Of a DNA stretch of 64,000 nt, positions 53,989 to 64,000 are shown piece after piece; within the stretch, counting starts at the first letter, position 1; each line of letters begins with the position of its first letter. The translations under genes were made by a program, and so were the position numbers. This stretch comes from Mayamaea pseudoterrestris (lineage: Eukaryota): assembly GCA_027923505.1 (NCBI GenBank), contig BROI01000009.1:992001-1056000 (forward strand). The letters run 5' to 3'. Under the pieces are notes generated by a model. The model was not told where the DNA came from, did not search any database, and worked only from the letters and a program-made list of their open reading frames with translations.

Positions 53989-55210
53989 TTATTCAAAGGC
54001 AAGATGCCTCAACGGATCGCGCCGCCAAGCAAGGCGAGTGATGGCTTCGAATTGGCTATCATTTCCATCAGCTACCGCCTCTGGGTTGTTAATTCTAAGT
54101 TGTTGCAAGAGCGTGTCCCGCAAGTTGCCAACTTGCTCGCTCGATAGCTGGCCTGCTTTCAAAGCATTGGCATTCTCCATCATGCGTTCCTCTGATATTG
54201 TCTTGGGAATGACTGGACAGTTTTGGTCCAAAGCCCAGCGCAGTAAAACTTGGGCAGGTGTCACTTGGAGCCTGTGTGCAAGGTCCAATACTGGTGAGGC
54301 ATGCAGCAAGTCAAACTTTGCCTTTGGTTGCTTATTGACCTTTTTTGTTGATAACGTAGTTTTTTCATCACTGCCTCTTTCAAACTGAACGCCACTCCCT
54401 AGCAGCTCCTTCCACTTTGCTTGACCAGTATCTTGCCCGCCAAGACTGCTGTAGGCTTGCAACACAATACCTTCCTTGGCGCAATACTCGAAAAGGCCCG
54501 TCTGTGGATAGAGTGGATGCAACTCCACTTGGTTGACAGCTGGCGGCCATAACTCTGCCGTCTCTTTGAGTTTCATCAGATGCTGCACCGTCATGTTGGA
54601 AACGCCAATGGCTCGCACTTGTCCGGCGCGGACGGAATCCTCCATGGCCCGCCACGTTTCGCTCCGCAGTTTTGCCATTTCATTGGCACTGGTTGTTGCA
54701 TAGTGCCACGGATCTTCTGCAACGACATCGTTGCGTCGATTCATTGTCGACCAAGCTGGTCCTGGCCAGTGCATGAGCCAAAGGTCAATGTAGTCAACCT
54801 TCAAACGCTGGAGCGAAAGGCGCAGACACTCCAAAGTTGGTTCGTAGCCGTGATACTTGCGCCAGTGCTTGGTCGTTATAAACAATTCGCGCGTCTTAAT
54901 GATTCCATCATGGCTGCTTACTTCGCCGACAGTTCTGTTCGCCTCCGTATATAAAGGCCGTGTCAATCGCCCTATATCCGCATTCCAAGGCTTGGAGTGT
55001 TGCCTTGGATGCTTGTTCTTTTCCAAGGCGATAAGTTCCGTATCCAATCCATGGCAAGATTACATTCTCGTGCACAGAATGTAGTCGAACGCCATCGGTG
55101 AGTGTGCATGCGTCGGCCGAAGTTGTTTCGCGAAAGGAGGACGAGATCATGGTAGCTGATGGTTGCTTGACTATTGAGCTCATTGTTGCGGTGTGTTTCC
55201 GCTTCACCAT
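53989..55210 (-). pseudogene. Aldo-keto reductase split by a frameshift near 54935 (pseudogene or assembly error)
   Basis: IGYGTY...GYRAIDTAFIY is in one frame. ELFITTK...YIDLWLMHWP...AIGVSN...NQVELHP...VIPKT is in another. There is no room for an intron. Confidence 0.8.
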
Positions 55211-55569
55211 TCTCACTTGACAGAATGCGATGACTCTTTTGCTGTGAAGGCAGAGTAAAACAAAGTACAGTGGGCATCGACCCATTCATGCGGGCAGCAA
55301 TTCTGCAGTGACGCCGTTCATGGTTGATGGCTCTCATGGATGGATCGTGCCAAATTAAAAAGCGAACATCGTGGACGCAAAAGATTCGGTAAATGACTGT
55401 CATGACTCATTGCTTGAAGCGGCTCGATCACTATAGGCCAAAGTGTACTATATCGTTCGTCGTTCGATCGAGATGGATCAAGCGACGACCGTCGCAAGTC
55501 GCAAGTTGCGAGGTGTGCAAGCGTCCAAACGAGCACGACTACGAGGCAGTGATTCTGTTGTTGCGTATT

Positions 55570-56217
55570 ATGGACCATCTTCCGTCTCCCAACATGCAGG
55601 ATGGTCCGATGGTTGGAACGCCGCTCATTCTCCAATCGAGATTTGTCACCGAAGCCCCAGAGCGCGTCAACCGACCCGTTCCAGTTCCCTCCTTCTACAG
55701 CGACGACCGAGGAGAGATCCACAATGTTTGTGTCGGACAGACTAAAAACACAGACTCGCAAAGTAAAAGCCAACGAATCAATCTGCTGTATACCAAGGCC
55801 GGCGTCATGCGATCAGGCGATTTGCATCCCAATACACAGCATGATTTTGTGTTCTCTGGCAGCGTCAAGGTTTGGACGCTGCAAAAGGACGGTCATACCA
55901 ATGTGCATGTGTACAACAGAAACGATGTCATTGAGATTCCGCCGTTTACGCCTCATTTATTCGAGTTTGAGCAAGATTCTGTGCTGGCAGAATGGTGGGA
56001 TGGCGACTTCAAGGCCTGGTTCTACGAACCGTATCGGAGCATCGTTGATGCCTCCTTTGTATCCACTACGCCAGGCCATTTCACGACCTATGTTGTCCAG
56101 ATCAAAGCTGATAGTGGTCGTCGTACTTTGAGAGCGCATGACTTGCTGCAGGACCGATCGTTTTGGATCGGCATTCTTGTCGGATTGGGTATCGGACTTG
56201 CTGTACATCTGCAATGA
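55570..56217 (+). CDS. RmlC-like cupin protein with a C-terminal TM helix
   Basis: DDRGEI, RSGDLHPNTQHDFVFSG, IPPFTPHLFEF, and tail FWIGILVGLGIGLAV. Start uncertain (55393 or 55570). Confidence 0.8.
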   Translation: MDHLPSPNMQDGPMVGTPLILQSRFVTEAPERVNRPVPVPSFYSDDRGEIHNVCVGQTKNTDSQSKSQRINLLYTKAGVMRSGDLHPNTQHDFVFSGSVKVWTLQKDGHTNVHVYNRNDVIEIPPFTPHLFEFEQDSVLAEWWDGDFKAWFYEPYRSIVDASFVSTTPGHFTTYVVQIKADSGRRTLRAHDLLQDRSFWIGILVGLGIGLAVHLQ

Positions 56218-56489
56218 GCAACGAAGAAGAACAATCCGAGTGCAACCTCTTGTAGAAAACTCTATGCAGCGTCTTTAACCTGGTTGGTGGACAATAAATG
56301 CGGAGAACTCATCGAAACTAAAGTTGTGAAGCGTCATGCTCGCCTCTTACGCGGAAAACTCAAACTCTATGTATTCAATGAGGTAACTTGCATACCGGTA
56401 GGCAGTTTGGATGTACGCATGCGTTTGCGTTGCTATGATCAAGTTGATTGGAATATGCTGCGCACTTGCTAGCTATCATGCGCCCGGTT

Positions 56490-56811
56490 TGATAAGATGT
56501 AATTCAATAGCACCAGTCCAATAGAAGGCGAGCAGCTAGTATAAAGGCGATCAACCCTCTACAACAAGCAACAAGCAAACAACAAACCAATTTCTAGTAG
56601 ACTGACTTAAAAAGCAAACCACTCGAGGCAAATCCTTGATCGTGGACTGTCTTGTTTGCCCGTTGACACCGTAGTCATTTAGTCATAGGCTTAAATAATC
56701 ATGTACACTGGTCACACACTTCAACTTCAATCATTCCCGTTTCGAACATGGTATTCAATAACGATCCATGTCGCATAAGACGCAGGCTCTCCATTCGCCT
56801 ACATCGCGTCA
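56490..56811 (-). repeat. 3' LTR of Copia element 2
   Basis: 322 bp, identical by eye to 62361..62682. Confidence 0.96.
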
Positions 56812-59800
56812 TCCCCCAGAGTCCAGCCTTGTGCGACTCCATCTTCCAACACCGTCTCGCCCCTCCAGAAAAGCACTGGCCGAATCAATGGCCCAAACAC
56901 CGCATGAGGAAGGAACTTGGTAAGCACGTCACTTGGATTCTGCTTGCCCGAGATGTGCTTGAAATGCAGCACTCCAGAGGCAATGGCTTCACGAACTCTG
57001 TGATAAGCAAGTGCATTGTGTCGCTTGGTAAGCGACGAGTGAGGAATAGTTGACGAAGTGACAACACTCTCATTGTCTCCAAACATCCACGCAGGTCCAT
57101 CCAATGGAACACCCATCATGCGCAGGGTGTACCGGAAATCCATGATCTGCTCCGTCGCGGTCTTGGCGGAAACAAACTCGGATCCGTACGTGGCAGTCTC
57201 AACCGTGTTCTGCCTCTTGGAAAACCACTCAACCGGAGTCTGGTTCAAGAAATGCAGGACACCCATGGCGGCGCGACCCGTAGTGTAGTCATGGTACAGG
57301 TTGGCGTCTTCGAAAGTCGTCAGACGGACGAATTTGCCCCTTGGCACGGGCATGTTCCACGGCTCCTCATCAGCGCTGTCTCCATAGACAGTCTGGATCC
57401 ACTCCACTGGCTCAGGCGCATCATGATGAGGAATGCCGAAGCGGAACCGAATAGCAGCATCTGGGTACCGAGCAAGGTAGCCCACAATCCGCTTCAAACG
57501 CTCAAGATGGCCATACCGCGGCGCAACTCGAAACCGGCCCATCGTCATCACGGCGCAGTGAATGTCGTAGCGACACAAGCTAACCGCCCACTGAAGAGCC
57601 CCAATCACCGACTGGTACATCCGAATACCCTTTGCATCCAACTCGTCGGTCATGTCAAGCTCAGGATGGTCAGAATCGTCCATGGGCGACATCCTCGGTT
57701 CCCACATCTTTCATAGTTCTCACAGCGTCATAGTTTTGAAGCACGCCGTGGCCCAGCAGCCAGCGACGTAGGAAATCGGACCAACACCTTTCAACTTGTA
57801 GTTGTACTTGGACTTGAGCTCCTCCGTGAAGGCCTTGGGATCCTTCATAGCCATGGCCAAGTCGTCCACAAAAACGCAGACATACTCGTAATGCGTCAAG
57901 CAGTCCTTCATCCAAACGTCAGCATCTGCAAAGCATTGGGTAAAACCCATTTTACGCAAAGTGTCAGCAAAGTGCTCATGCCAACGCGCTCCAGACGTAC
58001 GCAATCCATACAGAGCCTTGTAGATGACCAGGGTGTGGCCCTCGAGCTCTCCAAACTCAGGTCCAGCGACAATGTAGACCTTCTCCTTGGTGACTGCCTC
58101 CAAATAGGCATTACCGACATCGGCGGCCCAGAAATCCAAGCCATTCAACTCAGCGAGCATTGCAACCGTGCGAATACTGCGCAGCGAGACCACTCCAGAA
58201 TAAGCCGAATCCTTGGGCGGATCCGTCATGTGGCCTCCAGCGACTAGCCGAGCCTTGCGCCTCAAATCATGCTTGCAGTCGAAAATCAGATGCACATTGA
58301 TGCGCTTCCAACTTGAATCCATTCGCGCCCCGCGACCTTTGTCTTGGAACGTGTTATACTCGTTCAATTGATCCATCTCGGTCTTGATGGCCTCCGCCCA
58401 GAGCGTGTTGCCATTGGCGGAGTCGAGACGCTGGGCATCTCTCCAATTCTTGGGGATCTGAACACCGAACTTGAATCGGTCTCCATGGTTGGTCGATGCC
58501 TTGCGAGCAGCCTTGAGCATCCGGTCGAACTTGTTCTTGCGGCGCGTATACTTCTCCAAACGCTTCCAACCAGGCTTGGAGAGCAATCCCTTGGCTTGGC
58601 CGTAAGCAGCGAGCGTCACCGGATCATACTTAATCATCATGGCGAGAGGCTCCCATGTGCGCTGGCCGCTCGTCCATTGCACTAAGACATTGTAGCTAGA
58701 ACCCTTGTAGTCGGCATCTCGGTGCGTCAACGGTCCAGCATGCCCTTCAATCGATTCATACGGATAGTACATGTCCGTGTCTCCACGCAATTCGGCATCC
58801 ACTTGCCGTTCCACCAAGTCAGAGAGCTCATTGTAGGTGATGATCTCGTCGACAGTGCTATCTGGAATAGACAGTAGGAACTTGATGTGTTTGTGAGCAG
58901 CAGCATCGCGATCTTTGATTTGCCGCACAATGGTATAGCGCATCACACTGCCATCTTCCTCATCCAACAGTACCGTGCGTCCAAGTAGCTCATCCGGCGA
59001 GAAGAACGGGACACGGTCGGTACCTGAACCCAAATCGAGTCCAGCAAGCTCAGCACCAGACTCCAGTTTAAATGAGGATCCCCCATTGCTTGGCGCTCCA
59101 CTTGGCGCTTCGATTGGATCCTCCTCGTCGACAGTCTCAACGACCACCGCTGGACGCGACTCCTCCCCCTCAGGGACTGACTGTGCTTCCGCGCGCAGGT
59201 TGCGCTCCCCAGGCGTGAATGGGCGCACATTGGAACGTGCCACAGCCTTACCAGTCTTGTCGCTCAATATCCAGTAGGTCAAGGCGTCACCCTTGTTCTC
59301 GGCGATACCAACCCATCGGCCAGTACCTTCATTGGACTCAGGAAAGCTAGCCGACTCGCTAGCATCCAGTTCATAGTACACTCGTTCCCACCAATGAAAT
59401 TGCAAGTAGGCGGAAATATCAGGCTTGACATTGAAGGCAGCCTGCAAAGGCGTGCGCCAACCGAGGGACTCCGTCGCCAAATGGTTGAACAAACCGACAA
59501 TGAACAAGGCACACAAGAGCCAAGAGCCAGGCGGCGATCCAGTGCGGTTCATAGCACCTTCAACGGCAACTTTGACCTCCTGGATGCGGCGCTCGGCAGG
59601 ATTCTGATTCTGATAACCAGGCTCACTCTGTTGATCCTTGATGTTGTACATGCGAAGAATCGTTTCAACTTGCTTGCCCAACTAGCGAGGTATGCCATCA
59701 GAACATTGGGGCGACCTCACGGATGAAGTCCTCCAAGGTTTCGAGCATCTCAAACTCGTGACGCATCGGGTAGGCCTTGGTGAGCAGGGTGGACTTGCCC

Positions 59801-61952
59801 ACATAGAGCTGGATCAGTGATCCCCCATGACCGGTAATGCCATCATCAAAAGCGGCATGCTCGGAGAAGAACGGGTCGTAGCAAAGGTGTCATCGACACG
59901 ACAATTCGCTCCAGGGAAGCGAGTCTTCTTGTGGTGGCGGAACGAGCCGGCTGCGCCGGTGAATGAATCGACTCAGCGCCTCGCCCAAGGACATACTGAT
60001 GGAAGAAGCCGACAATGGCCGAGTCGTGATGTAGCGCTCCGTTGATCTGTAAACCATCCACAGACATGTCATTGAGGCCAGTGACATTGCAAAGCGCGTC
60101 AGTCGTCGACATTATGCGCATATCACTGCCGGCGAGGCCACCATTGGCTCCGCCATCAACCAGCGCTCCATTGCTGGCGGTGTGTCCACGGGCGTGTTGG
60201 ACACGGTACTGAATGGCACGGCAAGCACGGTAAGTGCGGCCATCACTGCCAAGGAAAGACTGAACTGAGGCACCCGAGCTTGGGTTGCGCTGCTGAGCAG
60301 TCTGTGCCAGGAATTCTCGCATAAAAGTGCCAGGCTGGGGGAGGAGTGGCGCCAGGGCGACAGAGCCTCCGTCATTGGGGAAACAACACAACTCCAGGGA
60401 CTTGACTGCTAGCTGGAGCAGGAGCAGGAGCAGGAGTAGACGCCGGAGGAGCGGCTTGACCACCGACACCTTGAGCGCTGCATTGGCTTGGCGTTGCGGC
60501 GCGGGCGCGGGATCCGACTGCGTTCCTCCATCACTTGGTGAGCTCCCAGATCTCGCAACGCGCTGTACCGGTCCTGAGACAAGAAGGACCAGGGTTGCTG
60601 CAACAGTTGAGCCAGAGTCATACTGTCGCCAGGATTGGGACGGTTGGCGTCGCCACCGCGTCCCCCATTGCCGCGGCCTCCATTGCCACGGCCTCCACCA
60701 CCACCGCGACCAGCTCCACCGTCACGGCCTCCACCTCGCCCTCCACTGGATTGCTTGGCGGAATTGGCACTTCTTTTAGCATTAGACTTGGTCTTCTTGA
60801 CTTGATCCATTTCAAGGCTTGGCGACACAATGATTGTACAAATGGTCATAGTCCGAACTCGTCGTCAGGGCTTGGCTCACCGCCGGCGAGAGACGCACGT
60901 AGGCGGCTTAAGAATCAAACTGATTAACGGACTTCTTCATCCCGACATTGGCTTGCACCGCAGAGCGAAGCCATTGATAGCGCTTGGACTTGGTTACACT
61001 TGCCGGACGGAACTCCTCGAGCTTCTGAGTCAATTCATATTGATAGACAATGAACTTGTAGGCTCCTTTAGACCAGCTTCGCATCAAGAAGCGTATTCAA
61101 CTTGAGCTCCAGTTCAGCCGTGCGTAGGTTGCCGGCAGTGCCACTGCCGAACTGCAATGCAAGATCCTGAAGACTGCCTGAGCGTCGAGGGTCTTGCATG
61201 TTTTGTCAATATACTGTTGGCGCCAGGAACCTTGAGAATGTGACGGAAGGCGGTGTACATGAAGATGTTCATATCCGTCGAACTCGGCCTTGTGCGGTCC
61301 GTTGGCCGGCTTGGAAGCATCCAACACTTTGCTGCAGCCATGGAGGCGAAGCGAGTGTGGACTCCTTGGCTCCAATTGTACCAATGAGCGGGGTTGCTAA
61401 ACTCTTTGTAATCCTTGTGGTCCGTTTCGACTTGCCAATGTTGAATCGAGTCGACTGGGCTTCAGGTGTCATTGGCGGCGACACTAGCAGCCGCTGTATT
61501 GCCGAGGCGACGGCCTCAGCGAACTTTGCAGCGGCCTCCGCGGAACTCTTGGCGGATTCCACCAGCAGCCAAATTGGCGGCGGCGACTTGCTCCTTCTCG
61601 GCAATCACGGCCGCACTGGCAAGGAACAGACTCTCTTGGAACTGCGCAAACATGTCGGGTGACAACTCCAGCCAAGTCTCGAACGTCGGGTTGGCTCGAC
61701 TGGCGTACCAGGCCTTACAAATCTTCGGCAGTTCGTCCGCTCAGACTCGACAAGAAACATTGCTTCATCATCGTCGGGCACTCGATACTCCGATGACAGG
61801 ACTTCCTTGGACATTCGAAGCATGAGGACGGGCGTTGTAATTCGCCAGCTTGCAAATGCTGCAGCATAACAAGGCGCTGCAAGCACTGTGGCGAACAAAT
61901 GGTCCATGACTTGCTTATCCTTGGCGGCGCGAGTCGTCATGGTCGTCGACAT
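56799..61952 (-). pseudogene. Fragmented gag-pol of Copia element 2
   Basis: Pieces in different frames: gag-like start 61952, protease LVDGGANGG (59846-60469), IN/chromo/RT (57720-59681, KARLVAGG, FVDD), RT end/RNase H (56799-57707, TATYGSEF, NPSDVLTK). Confidence 0.9.
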
Positions 61953-62347
61953 TCTTGTCAATCAATCAATCAATCAATCACTTGGATGAATACCTCGCTT
62001 GCGGCGCGAGTCGTTCCAGGAACAATGGCAATGGCAGACGAGACGCGGCAAGCAGTCGGTCGGCAGGAGACTCCTTTTGAAGAACTGTTTATAACTTGAC
62101 ACCGAGTATTCGAACGGCGGCAGGCGACAGCAGGATGGTCTCTCGAGTGCTAAAGGCCAGTAAATCGAATGAGATAGACTGGTTGAGTAGCACCGTTCAA
62201 TTAATCAAACAAAGATTCAATTGAACAAAGGCAAAGGCAATGGCAAAGGCACAAACGAGGAGGATTCGTCAATCCGTTTCGTCGTCCAAAAAAGCAATCA
62301 AAACAAGCCAAACAAACCACCACGCTCGAGGTTTAAGGCAAGATCAC

Positions 62348-62360
62348 AAGACTGTTAATC
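62348..62360 (-). promoter_or_regulatory. Putative primer-binding site complementary to a tRNA-Asn anticodon arm
   Basis: Minus-strand GATTAACAGTCTT directly follows the 5' LTR. Its reverse complement GA-CTGTTAA-TC is an anticodon loop with GTT. Confidence 0.6.
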
Positions 62361-62682
62361 TGATAAGATGTAATTCAATAGCACCAGTCCAATAGAAGGC
62401 GAGCAGCTAGTATAAAGGCGATCAACCCTCTACAACAAGCAACAAGCAAACAACAAACCAATTTCTAGTAGACTGACTTAAAAAGCAAACCACTCGAGGC
62501 AAATCCTTGATCGTGGACTGTCTTGTTTGCCCGTTGACACCGTAGTCATTTAGTCATAGGCTTAAATAATCATGTACACTGGTCACACACTTCAACTTCA
62601 ATCATTCCCGTTTCGAACATGGTATTCAATAACGATCCATGTCGCATAAGACGCAGGCTCTCCATTCGCCTACATCGCGTCA
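62361..62682 (-). repeat. 5' LTR of Copia element 2
   Basis: Identical to 56490..56811. Confidence 0.96.
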
Positions 62683-64000
62683 CGGTTGAAGGTGCCGGTT
62701 AGCTGCTACTTTCCCGTAGCTTTTTCATTGAGTGGCTCTACTTGTCACGATAGCTTACTTAATGGAAAGTTTTGCTATTTTTAGTGTTAGCACTGATTAA
62801 CTCGGCTGGCAATGCTTGCATAAGTCTGGGCCATTCTTTATTTTTCATACATCTACAGGTAGTAATCTATTAGCCAACGAGACTGATTCCTTCCGCATAT
62901 GATCGACAGATGCTGCATTTTTAACAAGTACGGGTACGAGTATAAACGAGTGGCAAGCATTGATTCCTCTATGAAGTCTTGCTAGCAAGCTCAAGCTAGC
63001 GCCAATTGGTTGCGATGCGCTTCAAATATCGCGTCGATCCAATGCAACGAAGACTTTAGCTGGCGGTTCCTCCGCCGCGCAGCGAGCCAGCGAGGTCCCG
63101 GTCTTGCGAGTAGCTGTTTCGAGAGCAGCTGGGCGGTTCCATTGGAGGAGCGTCGGAGGGAGCTAAGAAACCCGGATGAAATCGGAACGTACACGCCCAG
63201 ATGCGCATCATTTCTTTCGTGTACAACACACACAAATTGACAAGGTCGGCAGCTGCAAAAAGGACCTGCATAACATACATAGACTTGATCACACAATAAC
63301 ATAGCGTCACGCTCGACAAAGGAACTGAGAAAGGATCATGGCTTCGACTGGATACGTTTCGAATGATGGAGAGGACTTCTTCAAGCCCATCCAGGTATGT
63401 CGAATGCATGTGCAATTTGATTCCAGCTTTGGAGGAAAATTGCGTTCGTCTCCTCAAAGCTGATGGTTTTGTGAACCACTAGTTTCTTCCTTTCGATCTT
63501 GTTTGCTGGCCATGCGCGGAAGAGGCTTTTAGAAGATCTATTCTTGTCTCGTGGAGGTCCCTCATTCATTGTCGTCGGATATCAACGGAGGTCCAAATTT
63601 TTGGCTAACCTCGCCGCTTTGTCTTGACCCATTGCAGCAATTTCCACAGCGCATGACGACTTTTAACCAAGTATCGATTGAAGGAATGGAAGAGGAGGTG
63701 ATGAAGGCGCAGCCATATGGATTGGAGGTCAGTGCGCGCTGTCCACGGTGGCTGCAAAATTTTGTTGCTACCTGTCGCAAGCATTGTCTCACCGTTTCCC
63801 TTTTAATTCTCTTGACTTGCTCGCCGTATTAATCGTATATTCTTTGCTTATCGTTGCGCAGGAGGAGATTGACTACGTTCTGAATGTTTGCACTTCTGAT
63901 CTCTATCGCGACATGAAGGAAAGACAGGTTGACTTTGTTTCGCCACAAACCTACAATCCCTATTCTTCCTACATGCCCTACCGACGCTACTTGGTCGACT

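Larger units (their letters stand above)
56490..62682 (-). mobile_element. Ty1/Copia (CoDi-like) LTR retrotransposon, 6193 bp, internally disrupted
   Basis: Identical 322-bp TG...CA LTRs. 5-bp TSD CGGTT at 56485-56489 and 62683-62687. Purine tract GGGGGA precedes the 3' LTR on the minus strand. Confidence 0.97.

Noticed and set aside
62700..64000. Short overlapping minus-strand ORFs after Copia 2
   Set aside because: No recognisable motifs or consistent splice pattern. It could be a decayed gene, but I cannot support a call.

Overview
Gene-dense eukaryotic DNA, most likely from a diatom (short GT-AG introns, CoDi-type Copia elements, diatom-type secreted SET protein). It holds about 19 host genes: amino-acid permease, myosin, SET plus putative 2OG-Fe(II) fusion, HA-repeat protein, BI-1 family, AP-3 sigma, insulysin, cyclophilin-like, glucokinase, DONSON, RPA1, sulfotransferase-like/GT2 fusion, FKBP-MsrA, EXO1, CHY/RING, AKR, cupin, one hypothetical gene and an LRR-like pseudogene. 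Two full-length Copia LTR elements each have identical LTRs; one is intact and one is internally broken. Three intergenic tandem arrays are present. Best leads: (1) two apparently unrelated, CpG-decayed satellites that share a ~174-bp unit, one with a 682-bp higher-order repeat and one with ~10-bp phased motifs; (2) a secretory SET methyltransferase fused to an HxD..H..R dioxygenase-like domain, a candidate lysine hydroxylase/methylase for silica-wall proteins; (3) primer-binding sites that match tRNA anticodon arms (Met and Asn); (4) arrays lying between duplicated gene-start fragments in divergent promoters. All calls were made by eye, with no searches run.
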